Positions 47,016 through 60,825 of a stretch of DNA of 64,000 nucleotides are shown here, in pieces; position 1 is the first letter of the stretch; each line of letters begins with the position of its first letter. A program made the translations under genes and the position numbers. Origin of the DNA: Vitrella brassicaformis CCMP3155 (Eukaryota > Protista > Chromerida); assembly GCA_001179505.1 (NCBI GenBank), contig CDMY01000489.1, forward strand, positions 1-64,000, in the 5' to 3' direction. The notes under the pieces were generated by a model. That model was not told the DNA's origin. It made no database searches and was given only the letters and a program-made list of their open reading frames with translations.

Positions 47016-50000
47016 ATGGCGCAGAGGACGTCCGTGCCGGCGCCTTCCTGGCTGACGTGGCCCGAGGAGGACACGAGCAAGAAGAACTTCATCGACGTCA
47101 TCGAGGGCCGCCTCATCAGCGACGGCCTCCCCACCATCCGCAGCAACCCCGACTCGCCACTCACAACCTTCGACGACGAGCGGTCCACTGACCCCGTTGT
47201 CGTCAGCACCTCGCCCCGCGGCAAGGCCGATGACGCCGGGCAGCTGCTCGAGTACGAGACCATCATCAGGAACATCCTGCGGCTGTTCCGCACCCCGGGG
47301 TCGTCGAGCGGTCGTGTGGGTGGGTCGCCGACGGTGTTTGAGGAGATGGTGCACAAGTTTCGGTTTCAGGAGGACAACTATTTGAACCAGTACGAGGACG
47401 TCGTCTACACCCTCATCTCAATCGCCCTCCGGGACTACCCCCCCACCAACGAGGTACCCAACGCACTCAATGACCGATGGATGACCACGTTGGTGGTGGG
47501 TGGCTGCGAAATGGTCTGTCTGTCTGTCTGTCTGTCGTGTGTGGGTGCGATGACTGACTTGACATAATGGCAGACGACGCGTGCGATGCGCGACAGGGGG
47601 TTCAGTCGTCTGGAGGAGTACGCCCTCTACCGCTACCACTGGAAGCTCTTCAAGAACTACCGCAGGTGGTGCCAGTACGTCAACATCAAGCCATTCCCAT
47701 GGGGAGAGAACAAGGCCAAGGCCGGCAAGGGACTCACAGGCGCCGTCGCTGCGTTCGAGAAAGACAAGGAGAAGCAGAGGAAGAACCCAAAGACACTTTT
47801 GCGTAAGAAAGACAGAAGAGACGCACACAGGAGTCATCATTGCACGTGGTAGACGTGTTTGTGTGCCATTCATTCAGAGCTGATGGCCCGAGAGATAGCG
47901 TTGTGGAAGTTGATGTGGGGCGAGTCGGCGAATCTGCGCCACTGCCCGGAGATGCTGCTGTTCATCTTCCACTGGATGGTCAAGAGCTGGGACGACGTCG
48001 ACCCCGCCACCCTGCCCACATTCATCGAGACCATCACGCCCGTCATCAACGAGTTCTGGGAGGAAATGCGGTAGGTAACCGCGTGGGCCGGCCGCAGTGA
48101 CCACATACACACCCACACACGTCGCATATCTGTGTGTGTGTGTGTGTCTATATGTGTGTGTGTCTATTAGGCGTGCTCAAGGCGACCACCCCGTCAAGAT
48201 GAACTACGAGGACTTCAACGAAATATTTCACAAGGCCCCGGTGGTGCAGGAGTATCTGGGGGTGGCGGGGAAGCCCGGCACGGGCGGCGTCTGGCAGGGC
48301 AACATCATCAGGCTCATCAAGGCCGAGTCGCAGACGCATCAGCTCGTCAAGCTGCACCCACCCAAGGGAAGGAAGAAGACGTTCGTCGAGCAGAGGAGCT
48401 ACCTGCACGTGAGCCGAATCGGACGCAGAGGCCAGCCAGCGGCCAGTCAGTCGTGCTGACGTGACATACGGTATGTGTGTACGTGTGTGGTGTGTCCCCA
48501 TCGTACAGTTCTTCCGCACTTGGTGGCGGTTCTACCACTTCCACCTGGTCAGTCTGCTCATCATCCTCACACTGGGAGCTCGCGCGAGAGGTAACGATCT
48601 TAAGATAACTGACTGACCCACATAGGCATCCATGGTGTGGACAGACAGGGATATATAATGTTCCTTGGCTTCTCTCCGTCTGTCTGTGATGTGACACCAG
48701 GTTGGGACTGGCAAGGCTGGTGGGGCACTGTGGCGGTCGGCTCGTCTGCGGGGAGCGCCGTGCGGGAGATGCTGGACCTCTTCTTCTACTGGATGGCCCC
48801 CGTCCCCCTTCTGCAGCGGCTGCTTGACGCACAAGAGGGCATGCAGAGAATGAGCTGGTCAGCCAGTGCCCTAGTGCCCTCCTCGTGGTGTGATGTGATG
48901 CCTCTGATCTCATCCACCCGTTGTGTGTGGTGTTCGTGTGCAGGTGGGCTCGTCAAGGCATGGCTGGCCTGCGGTGGGGCTTCTTCCTGGCCGCCGCGTA
49001 TGTCAGCCACACCAGCCCGAGCGGCCTGGCGGACCCTTTGCTGCAGCCGCAAGGCTACATCGGCGGCGGCTACATGGCCTTCTACCTCCTGCACGGCCTG
49101 TCCTACTTCCTGGTGCGGGCGAGGAAGGCCTTCCCGTGGTGGCGGAGGAGCCCGCCGACCTGGAGCTCTCACGCGACCTTCTCGGGCAACGCGACTATGC
49201 TAAGCGACGAATACAAACACATGGTGAGGGAGGGAGGGAGGGAGGAGCCAGATTCGTTGAAGATGGATGGCTCTTACTTGTGGGTGTGTGTGTGTGTGTG
49301 TGCAGATGGCGTATGCGTTGTTCTGGGGGCCGATAATCTCGTTCAAGCTGTGGATGGGGTACTACTTCTTCGGCAACGCCTTCCTCGATTACCTCGAGTT
49401 CATCGACGCCACCGTTGGACAGCCCCTCAAGTACACACAACACACACACACACACACACACACACATAACATAAACACGACGGTGCGATCGATGCACTTG
49501 TGTGTGTGTGTGTGTGTGTGTGTGTGTCGGTGTGTCTGTGTCTGTGTGACCAATGGCCACATCACACAGGTTTGATTTCCTGTGGTTTTCCTTCGATGAC
49601 AATCGGAAGGTGACGCTCTACTTCTTCTGGGTCGCGCCGTTCTTCGTGCTCTACTTCTACGACATCATGGTATGGTGTGCGCACACACATTCACCGCACC
49701 CCACCGCACCCCACCCAGAAGGAGCACACAGACGCACTCCGTCTCTGTTTGTACGCGCCTGTGTCTTCTCTCTCTCTGTGGTCACCCACCATTCAGTTTT
49801 ACTTCTCGGTGTTCCAATCTGGCGTCAGCTGGCTCATCGGATGGTTCAGAGGGGTATGTGTTTATTCCACAAATCTGGCGACCGTCCATCCATCCATCCG
49901 CTGTGTGTCAGATTGGCTTCATCACTGACCTCTCGGTCATCCAGAAGGTCTTCCCTCTACTACCAATCCAGGTGGGCACCACCCGCCCTCCCACCCACCC

Positions 50001-53000
50001 ACACACACCACCAAGACCACGAAGACTGACACATGTGTGTGTGTCCTGGCCTGCTTTGCTCGCTGCAGTACGACCGTGTGTTGTCTGACGATGCCGGCGG
50101 GTCGATGCGGCAGCTCAAGCTGCCGACCTCCGCCTCGCCCAACATATCTGGGTGCGGCATCGACTGGCTGCTGCAGCTCACCGCCCGCTACCTTTGCTGC
50201 GGACTCTACTCACGCAAGTCACGGTCCAAAGTCAAACCCAAATCATACTTCAGGTCAGCCCTATCTGGGAGAGAGGCATCCGTCCATTCCATTCAACGAG
50301 TGTGTGTTGTGTGTACGTCAGGTCTCATTCTCGGCCGAACTACGCCCTCCCCCTGCGCAATACCTCCCGCAGCAGCAGCCGGCAGCCCACCAAGAGCCGG
50401 CAGCCGACAGACTCGTCCAACACCACCGAGGGCCTCAAGAGGAAACCCAGCCAGTCGTTCGTCCCCCACTCCCGAGACGACGACAGCCTCACCAACGTGC
50501 TCATCCGATACATACCCGTCTCGCCGCGGGCGGACCCCCCGGCCCAGGGCAGCTCCACCGCCCCACGCAGAGGCCTGCAGCTGCTCGGCGCACGGACCCC
50601 TAGGCAGCAGGAGACGTCATCCTCCCCGTCCACCGCCCCAGGATCGCCGCACACCGTCCCCAGCGACCGATCGCAGGAGAGCGGGGCCAAGAAGACACTC
50701 ACGCCGGGGGCGGTCGACACCGAGAAGGGCTTGGCCAAGGAGAAGAGGGGAAGTGGGTCGACGACGGGTGCGGGTGGTGGTGGGGGGAAGGACGACGTGT
50801 CTGGTGGCAAGAGGGGCGGCAAGAAGGACGGCGAGGGCCGCGGGTGGGTGTCCTGGTGGATACGCGAGATATCGGCCGTGTACGACAACGCCATTCCACC
50901 TGAGACGGTCGAGAACCAAATCAGGAGGTGCGCATGCGTCCCCACCGCACACACATCATGATGGATGCTGTGGGTGGGTTGTCCACTCTCAACCATTTCT
51001 CTCTCTCTGCCTGCCTGCCATCCATCCATCCATCAGGTTTGGCTTTCTGTGGAATGAGGTGGTTGAGTCCTGGCGAGAGGAGGACCTCATCGACAACGCC
51101 GAGCGGTGCAAGCTGCAGTTCAACGAGCTGCCCGCGATCCACTTCAAAGACCTCAAGGCAAGAACACAACACAGAGAGGGAGGGAGGGAGAGAGGGAGGC
51201 CACACAAAACAAGTCAACACCCGCACACACCCTCCCCTCCGTGTTTGTCCTGTCCGCCTGCGTATAGGATTTGAATATGGCGTGTTGCGACGGCGAGGGC
51301 AACTCCAACGGCAGCGTGAGTGTGTCCTGGGACGGCTCGGACATCCGCCACCCGGTGTGGGTGTACTGCGACGTCCTCAAGAGCTTCACCAGAGAATGCG
51401 AAGCGCACCAGACGCACATCAACGAGATATGGGAAGGCCTGCGGGTCAGCCACCAACCACCCCCACCCTCCACCCCTCCCACACACACACGCGGCTCGTA
51501 TCGTACTGGGTGTGGCCACATCAGGACCACTATCGCTCGAGCAACGACTCGCATCAGTACCTGCAGGAGGTGCTGAAGCTGCCGCCCTCAGTGGCCACTC
51601 GGGGGCGTTGGTCAGCGGTGGGTGTCAAGCAGCGTGCCAAGGCGTCGCTCCACCAGACTGGCAAGGACTTCATCACCAAACTTTTTGGCAACTCGAGGGC
51701 CACCGTGGCCGACCCCCGAGCCGACAGCCACCAATTTTTGCTCCGCACGGCGCTCCTCGAGATCTACGAGGCACTGTGTCTCTACCTCACACGATTCTTC
51801 CCCGGCGGCAGCAACCTCGCGCTTCGTCTCAGCTCGCTTGTGCAGCGGGTCAGTCAGGCCGCACACACATGCACTGCACAGCCATCTGGACCGCCTCGCC
51901 GACCCATCGATGTGCCCTTCTCCGTGTGTGTGTTGATCGATCAGGTGACCCGTCGTCCTTTTTGTCTGTCCCTGCTCAACCTGGCGGCCATCAAGGACCT
52001 CCAGACCACTTTGGCGGCCGTCTTCGCGGCGGCTCAGGGCGACAATGCGGCCAAGCTTGAGGAGAACGGCGTCAAGCTGCTCAAGGCCCTGCAGAAGGTG
52101 GCCCTGCCGGCCCTCCTGCAGACACGCGGCTCGTCCGTGCTGTCCTCCAAGGGCATGGCGCAGCACTTCCCAGAGCTGGTGGAGTTCCTCGAGGCTGTGG
52201 GCGAGACACTTGCCGTCAGGCAGTCCTTCAAATCGTAAGCCAGCCACCTTTCTGTGCTGTGACACCCACCGTAGTTACCAAGACGCTGCCTGCCCTGCAT
52301 TGGCTTGCGGCGTGTCATGGTCTCCCTCAGGGTGGTCAATGCCTCCGATCCTGACGCTACGGGTCACTCGGACGTGGGCGGCGTGAGCGAGGCCGAGACA
52401 GAGCTGGCCGTGGCCAACCTGATGGAGCGACTGCAGGTAGTCGAGCCGCCCTCACCCGAGGGCCCCCTAACGCCCCGCATGTCATCGGTGGCCCGGCGGC
52501 CTAGCAACAGCATCACCAGCAGCAGACATGGAGGAGACGACGACACGCCCACATCCAGCTACTCTCAGCTCACAGCCAGGTCCGTTGTGCGCGACCCACG
52601 GGGCCCCCCCACGCCGCAGCCACAGAGGAGGGGCGTGCGGCCTCCGTTGCCGGTGTCCAAGCTGAGCGGATTCGCCGAAGACGCTGAGCTTGCGTGGATT
52701 GACACGGCTGCCGAGGCGGGATATTGCGACAAGCTGTGGCGGCTGGAGGAGCTGCAGGAGGGTGTGCGTCTGAACCATCCGCTGAGTCTGTCTGAGGCGC
52801 TGAAGCCGTTCTTCCGCCGGGCCAGCCGCATCCTCACTGCCCAGGGGCACGTTCTCAAGACGGGCCTCGCTCAGGCTAGGTAGGTGTGAAGATAGATTGG
52901 CCAGTGACTGACTGACTGACTGACACGGAGACACCATCAAAGCCCTCTTCTCTCTGTGTGGTCATCACATCCGTGTTGTGTGTATGTGTGTGTTTTGTGT

Positions 53001-53938
53001 GTGTGTAGGTTGAAGTATTTCTCGAGCTCGCTGTTCATGGAGATGCCCGAGGCGCCCAGCGTGCAGCGGATGGTGTCCATGTGCACCTTCACACCCACAT
53101 ACACGGAAGACGCCATGCTCGACTCAACCGTGATCAACACACACACACACACACACCCTCTCCCCCCGACCCGCCAAGCGCACTACTAGATGCCTTTCTC
53201 TGTGTCTGTCCGTGAGCAGATCCTGAACGAGAAGACCATGGAGGGCGTGCGCCAGTTCGACTTCATCCGCACCATGTACAGCCACGAGTGGGCCAACTTC
53301 CTGGAGCGAATGGACCCACAGGGCGTGCGCTACGAGTGGTACCAACACAGCCAGACACACAAGGGGGTACTCAGCAAAAACATCAACGACATGGCGGCTA
53401 AGTAAGTGTAGTGGGGGAGCTGAGCTGAGCTGTCGACGACACGACCATCGTGGGGCCTGCAAAACAAAATGGGTGTTGGGGTGGTGTGTGTGTGTGTGTG
53501 TGTGCGTGTGTGTTTAGGTTCGAGAAGGACATAGAGGAGTGGGCGTCTGACCGGTCTCAGACGCTGTGGCGCACCCTGAGGTCCGTCATGTACTACGAGC
53601 AGGCCTGCAGGATGCTGGTCAGTCAGTCAGTCAGTCAGCACAGTAAAACCCACCCCCCCAGCCAACACAGCACAGCACAGCGCACATCCCCTCCCTCTGT
53701 GTGTGTGCTTGGATTGGATTGGATTGTGGTTTAAACAAACGTTCAGGCGTGGATGGAGTTGCAGGAGCAGCGAGGCGAGGCGGTGCACCTGTGCCACGAC
53801 CGCAACATGCTCTCCTTCGAGCAGAACGAGCGGCTCAACTGGCAGAAGGTCCCCATTCAGCCCGACAGCCCCAAGAAACTCCAAGGTGACTGACGCCACT
53901 CCAACTGCCTCAGGGGGCCTATCCATTTATCAGCTCGG

Positions 53939-53974
<36 letters not shown>

Positions 53975-56438
53975 TGTCGTGTGTGTATCTAAAGTGTTCC
54001 TGCGTCACTGGGAGCGGTGTCGGTCTCGCAAGAGAGTCCTCGACTTCAGACCCTACGACAACGACCCCGTCGCAAAGGTGAGCACAGTGCTGTCTGCCCC
54101 TGACCCTCGTCCGTTGATTCATCTTCCTGTGCATCTCTCTCTCTCGACAGGCCCTGGCGACTCTCCGCTACCACTACGTGCTCACCGCCCAGACACTCGG
54201 CGATGACATGAAAGCGCCGCCGAGCAACCGTGTGGCCAGCCTGCGTGTCCGCTGCATCACCGAGATGTGCAAGCGCTTCCCCAACCTGCGTGTGGCGGCC
54301 ATCGAGAGCTGCGACGTCACTTTGCCCGGCTCCGGGCCCCCATCCTCATCGACGGAGTTGGTCAAGTGGTCGCCGAGCAAGGAGACCTCGCCGCCCCCGC
54401 CCGGCAAGACCAAGACGGTTCGGTGCTCCGTCTTGTACAAGTGGGACGTCAGCCAGCAGCGGCTGGTGCGGGTGTATAGGATCGTGCTGGGGCTGCTCGA
54501 GGGCACATCGGGGGCCAAGTGAGTAGCGAGACAGACGACACTCATTGAATCGACCACATGGATGGATTGACACATGGGATGGGTGGTTGTGTGTGGTGTG
54601 TGCAGGAATCCCATTGTGGGAGAGGGCAAGAGCGAGAATCAGAACCATGCTGTCATCTTCACACGGGGCGAGACCGTCCAGGCCATCGACATGAACCAGG
54701 AGATGTACCTCGAGGAGGCACTCAAGCTGCGCAACCTCCTGCAGGAGTTCGCAAAGGACTCCAACATGGCCATCGTCGGCTTCCGCGAGCACGCCTTCCT
54801 CCCGGCCGCTGTGGCGCCCTCGTACCTGTCCAACATCTCGCAGACCCTCTTCACGGCATTCGACGCGCGCGCCTTCCACATGCCGATGCGTGTGCGGTTC
54901 CACTACGGCCACCCTGACGTGTTGGACAGGTACCTGGTGCAGACGATCGGCGGCATGAGCAGGGGCAGCGCCATTATCAACGTCACGGAAGACGTCTACT
55001 GCGGCATGAACTACGTGCAGAGGGGGTACTCGGTTTCACAGGTCGACTACATCATGGTAAGGAGAGAAGAGACACCCACCCAACAGCACCACCACACATG
55101 GATTGGATGCCCCCTCGCCCCCTCTTTGTCTGAGTGCAGTGCTCGAAGGGCTGGCCGAACGACCTGGACCAAGTGGTTGCGTTCATGCGCAAGATCTCGT
55201 GCGGGCTGTGCGAGGCGCAGGTGGCCAGCCGCGACGCCTACAGGATGGCCTACGGGTTCGACTTCTTCCGCATGCTGTCGCTGTTCGCCGTCTTCCCGGG
55301 GTGGAACATCCTCAACCCACTGGCACTCTTCGCCATCTGGCTCTTCTGCTACGGAAGGCTCTTCCTGCACGCCTTCATCGGTGAGGGGGGGGACAGACAG
55401 ACAGACAGACAGGGAGGGAGCTGAAGAGGGCGAGAGGGGGCCATGTGGTGTGTGTGTGTTTGTATGTGTATTGTGTTGTGTGTGACTCAGCTGCTATCCC
55501 TGACGAGATCCGGCCTCTGGTGGTTGGGATGGACAGTGCTTTGGTGACCATCATGGACAGGATATGGCTCATCCTACTTGGGCTCTTCTACATGAGGTAG
55601 GTGAGATGGGCCAGGCCAGGCCAGGCCACCGGTGCACTGCAGTGAGTGCGGAGGGAGTGTGTTGCCCATCTGTCCACCATGCCTGTGTGTGGTTGGTGTG
55701 GTGTGGTGTGTCAACAACGGCTGCAGGTTCTTTGCTGTGGTTGCTTTGGAGGAGGGTCTCGGCGAGGGCTTCAAGCACATGTGGCAGCACGTCCGATCGC
55801 TCTCACTGCTCCACTACACCTTCTCCGGTATGCATGCCTCCTCGCTCGCCCGCACGCACGTATCACCACACTCACACACACACGAGACAGACGACTTCGA
55901 TCGATGTCAGTTGGGACATGGACGAGTGGTTTTGACGAGACGATCCTGTTTGGTCGCGCCAAGTACCAGAATGCTGGTCGCGGGTTCAGCATCAACCACA
56001 AGGACCTCATCCACCTGTGGAAGTCATACTTCTACTCCCACTTCCAAGTCGCTATCGAGCTGCTCCTGCTGCTCTTCTACCTACACGTAAGCTGCGCTGC
56101 CCAAGCTGCCCTCCAGCCATCCACCCGTCCGGCCTGCATTGCAAGCAATGGCGTCTATCACATCACGTCTCGTGTGTGTCCGCGTGTGTTGTGTTGTGTT
56201 GTGTGTGCAGTTTCTGCAGGACATGCATCCTGTGATCGGGATGCACGTGTGGTGGCTGTGGTTTGTGGTGGTGTCGTTCCTGTACGTGCCGCACCTCTAC
56301 AACCCCATGGGCCTCTCCTGGGGCCACCTCATCTCAGACTTCAGCGCTTGGCAAAACTGGATCAGATCAAAGGTAGGTAGAGAGGTAGCTGGGTAGGTAC
56401 CTACCTAACCGAACGCGCCAAAGCGGCATCCATCCATC

Positions 56439-56471
<33 letters not shown>

Positions 56472-57617
56472 TGTGTGTGTCAGAACAAGCATGACCCCAA
56501 CGAGAGCTGGTACGCCTGGTGGCGCGCACAGATGGAGTTCCGCAACGGCGCCGCCCCATTCAACAAGGTCGTCATCTTCATACGACAGTGGAGATTCATG
56601 CTCCTGGGGCTCTGCTTCGCCGAGGCCGCACACTGGTACGGTACACACACAGCAGAGAGGCCATCCCTGCAGGGCCTGCAGAGACCACCGCTGTGCTGTG
56701 CTGTGCTGTGCTGTGCCGTGTGTGTAGGGAGTGGCACCACATTCTGGCGTCGCCGAGCATGATCCAGGGCAAGCTGACGGTGCCGACGTGGGAGGGGGCG
56801 TGGGAGATGGTGCAGCAGAGCCCCCTGCTGGCCCCAGTCATCTTCGTGATCCTGCTGATAGTCTCCATGGCACTCTCCACTCACAACCGGGACCACCACC
56901 CCAAGTTCTACAATCCCAAAGACACACGCGTACGCTGCTCACCCACCCAAGCCCGCCACACCACACACACTCACCTCTCTCTCTCTCTCTCTCTCTCTGG
57001 CACACCTGCAGCATGGTCTGATGTCATTGATGTCGAGCACGGCCAATCGTCTGGTCTCCCTGATCGTGCGTGTGGTTTGTCTTGTCCTGGTGGGGCTGTT
57101 CCTCTACTTCCTCATTGGCGGTGAGGGCCACGGCCTGGCCTTCGGCACCGTCGTCGGCGGCATGGTGGCCTGCCTGCTCGCCTTCTTCTGTGTGGCCAAC
57201 CTGCTGGCCGAGTGCTTCGGCGTCCTCGAGTGGCCGGTGGTCGTCGAGACCATCCGGCTGTGGCACTTTGTGCTGGGCATCGCGGGCACCAGCCCGCTCA
57301 TCGCACTCGCCGCCCTCAAGTACCTATTCAACAGCAGCGAGCTGCAGATGTACTACCTCCTCAACTCGTACGGCGTCCGGCGGTCGCTGCTGCACATGGG
57401 GCACGTCGGCAAGATGCTGCACAAGATCCGCAGGGAGCAGAAACACCCATACGCCTACAACAGTAAGACGCAGGGCACGACGGCCAGGAGGGGCGGGCCT
57501 GGGCAGCAGGCCGCACTGCCTGACCATGACGATCACGACGCCATTGCCGACCACCAGCAGAGGGGGGCGGCTGACGAGCAGGGGGGCACTCTGCCTGCTT
57601 TTGGGAAGCAGCTGTAG
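47016..57617 (+). CDS. FKS1: 1,3-beta-glucan synthase / callose synthase (GT48), more than 20 exons
   Basis: IALWKLMWGESANLRHCPEMLLFIF (FKS1 dom1), LKYFSSSLFMEMPEAPSV, FTPTYTED, EWANFLERM, WASDRSQTLWRTLRS, GEGKSENQNHAVIFTRGETVQAIDMNQEMYLEEALKLRNLLQEF, RFHYGHPD, VPHLYNPMG; multiple TM segments. Confidence 0.96.
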
Positions 57618-60096
57618 ATGGGACAGAGAGAGACACAGAGAGAGAGAGAGATGGGGAGAGGGCGCGGCGCCCTCTGTGTGCGTGTCTTCTGTCTTTCTGT
57701 GCGAGTGGCTGCCGTGGTTCACTTTCTTTTTTTTCCCACGAGAGTCTGGCCGACTGTCTCTGCTGCGCCTTTTTGCGCCATCCTTCTTTCCGCTTCTCAT
57801 GCATGTGACATATGTGATGTAATGAGTGCGTTGATTGCGTGCCTCCTTCGTACCGACGGCAGGGCAATGCGTTCGATGGATGCTGCCACGAAGTTTCGGC
57901 CATGCCGCCCTCCGCCACGCCGCGCCACGCCAGGCCGCCCCTACCACCACCACACAGATAGACAGACAGAGCCGCGCTGCCGCATTTCGCATTTGTTGAT
58001 GATGATAGCAAGGCGTGCATCCTTCCCTCCTTGCACGTGTCGATAGCAACCTGCATGCGGCTGGCCGAGCGAGGGAGCGAGGGAGCGATTCGTCGACAGG
58101 CCGGCGGGCGTACGTGCGGGTGGCAGGGCCAACACACGAGCAGAGCAGAGCCGAGAGAGGGGCGGTGTTTTTCTTGGTGCCGTTCAGTCGGTCTGTCGGT
58201 CGGTCGGTCGGTCGGCCGGGGGCAGCGTGTCGTGTGTCCATGCACGTGTAGTGTGTGTTGTGTGTGATGTGTCTGTATCTATGTCTTCCGGCTAGCCTAG
58301 CTCTACACTTTGTGATTGACCCTGTGGCGTGGCGTGTTCGGTTCGGGCAGCAGTAGGGGAGCGAGGGAGGGAGTGAGACATGACATGACATGACCATACC
58401 ATCCATACCATGATGCCGCCCATGTCTCAATGGCGTTCATGATGCACACACACATACAGAGGGGCTGCGTGGATGGATCGATGGATGGATGGGCCTGCGT
58501 GTGTGTGTGTGCCCGTGTAATCTTTCAATCCGTGTTGGTCAGCTGCTCTCTCCATGCCATGCATGCCGTGTGCATGTGCGTGGCGTTAAGACATCGTTCT
58601 ACTACCACCTCCTTCGTTGCACTACTCACAGACAGATGAGAATAAGCTTGCCTGATGCCATCCATGCATGTGTGTGTGCGGGTGGGTGGGCACCATGAGG
58701 GTTTTGTGTGTTTGAAATATTATTTTTGTTCATTGCGTACCTATTATAGCCACCACACCCAAGGAATAGCTGCTGCTGTTATGGTCATGACCAACACACA
58801 CACACACGCACGCACGCACCCACGCAGCGACGACCAGGACACAATTCATTCATTCAGTCAGTATATATTCGTTCGTCGGCCAACCGATCGCACGCACGCA
58901 CGGTCCTCTCTTTATGCACACGCACATGCAAAGGCAGACGAGGTGCAGACAGACAGACAGACAGAGAGACAGAGAGACGAAGATGGATCAATTCAATTCA
59001 ATTCGCCAGCCATTTGTTAACGAGCGCCATCCATAGGGTGTCGAGATGGGAGAGGAGACACAGAGGCAGACAGACCCACAGAGAGGCCGGGAAGGGCACA
59101 GCACAGACCAGACAGAGAGATAAATTGTTTGTAACACGACTGACTGACTTGAGGGGGGATGGGGAGGGCAAAGTGGCGGTATTTCTCGTGGTGGGCTGGG
59201 TTTCTGTCTGTCTATCTGAACACACTAAGCATAGGATAGCATAGCCCTGTGCTCATTTCCTGGATACGTCGAAGGATCCTAGCTCGGTTTGGTGGCCTCG
59301 AAGGATTGGTCTCACTCTAGGTCTCGCTCCCCCTCTCAGAGTGCGTGTGTGTCCATGTGTGTGTGTGTGTCCACATGCGTGTGTGTGTATGTTTGTGTGT
59401 TCCACTATGCTACGCTATGCTATTCTATGCTATGCCAGCCCTGGCGATGGACATCCATGCGTATATGTACGTGTTGGTTCACCCGTTCGTACCACCCTAA
59501 CTAACCTACTGGCTTGCACACACACCGGTGGCTGGCTGGCTGGCTTGCTGGCTGGCTGCTGCAATTGCATCTCAATGTCTGTCTGTGTTCGTGTGGGCGT
59601 GTGTGTGTGTGTGTGGTTTCTACGTAGACTCGCCGTCAGCCCAGCCACCCACCCTGCTGTCAGCCAGGCTTTCCACCCTCTGGCGGGCAGCGGGAGGGCG
59701 ACAGACACGAATCTTTGGCTGCTCTTTTTCCGTAGGCAGACTCACAGACAGACGCACACACACAGACTCTTTCTCTCGATGCCTCTGAGGCGTATGTATT
59801 CTGCGTGTGCGTGTGTGTGTCGGGGGGTGGTTTCTCTGTCTGGTGCTGCATGCCATGGTCTGGTCGGTCCATGATGAATCCCATCGCACGTCGCTGTCTG
59901 GGGGCTTTCATGATTTCAGCTACGCGTGACGCGCAAACACAAGACAGACGCAAGGAAGGGAGAAAGAAAGACCGCCACGGCAGTGCTGTGCGTGCGTGTC
60001 TCGCCGAGATTGACAGATGCATCACTCGATGGATTTGCCAGGTTTGTCCTGTCCGTGTGTATGGTATGTGGCCGTGCGTGAGGCGGTCCGGTCCTT

Positions 60097-60591
60097 TTAG
60101 AAGCTTTTGAAGGCAAGTTTGGCTACACAACTAGCCAGGGTACGATGCAGTGCTCGCCACGTGGTTGTGTCGGTGACTGACTGGTCCATCCATCGGTTGA
60201 TTGGTGGGTGTCGTGAGATCGTGAGATCAAAAATCCATTCGCTATAACGGGGGTTCTGGGCGTCCGGCTGCAGACGGAAGGGCGTCTTGCCGTAGAACTT
60301 CGGGACGACGCCCGTGTTGGTCGCTTCTTGGAACACACACCCATCGCCGTCTCTCGTCCACTTGAGCAGGATGCGGCTGTTGTGGCCGCCCGCTTCTTGT
60401 ACGACGTCTGCACGCCCGTCGCTGCCCTCTCCCTTGGTCGACACGAAACCATAACGCTTGCAGCCGAGGCGGAGGCGCCCCAGTGGGTTAATGTTTGGGT
60501 AGTGAAACGGCATCGTCACTGGGCCACTGCTAAATTGCCGAAAGAAGGGAACCCGGGGGAGTTGCAGGGGAAGGAAGGAAGGCAAAGGCAA
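60097..60591 (-). CDS. Hypothetical protein (boundaries uncertain)
   Basis: Open coding-like stretch MPFHYPNINPLGRLRLGCKRYGFVSTKG...KFYGKTPFRLQPDAQNPRYSEWIFDL. No family recognised. Confidence 0.4.
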   Translation of the reverse strand: MPLPSFLPLQLPRVPFFRQFSSGPVTMPFHYPNINPLGRLRLGCKRYGFVSTKGEGSDGRADVVQEAGGHNSRILLKWTRDGDGCVFQEATNTGVVPKFYGKTPFRLQPDAQNPRYSEWIFDLTISRHPPINRWMDQSVTDTTTWRALHRTLASCVAKLAFKSF

Positions 60592-60825
60592 AGGTCACGA
60601 CGCTGTACGAGGTAACAGACAGGGCAGCGGAGGCAGAGGAGAGGATAAGCCAAACGAGAGCAGGACTGGGAAGGTGTGAGGAGGCAGGACGGAGGATGAA
60701 AGCGAAAGATCTTGTTTCGATTTTGGCCCGTCTCCTCATTCTCGCCACCTTGACTGCGAGCTTTTGGCGAATCGCAACGCGCGCGGATCCTCTCCATGCC
60801 GCCATCCTGCCTGATCCCGTCCATT

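Noticed and set aside
57620-60000. Long ORFs 57324..58430 and 57361..58245 (-) and many short ORFs
   Set aside because: They translate microsatellites (THTH, DRQT, PTDR) and are antisense to the FKS 3' end. They are not coding-like.
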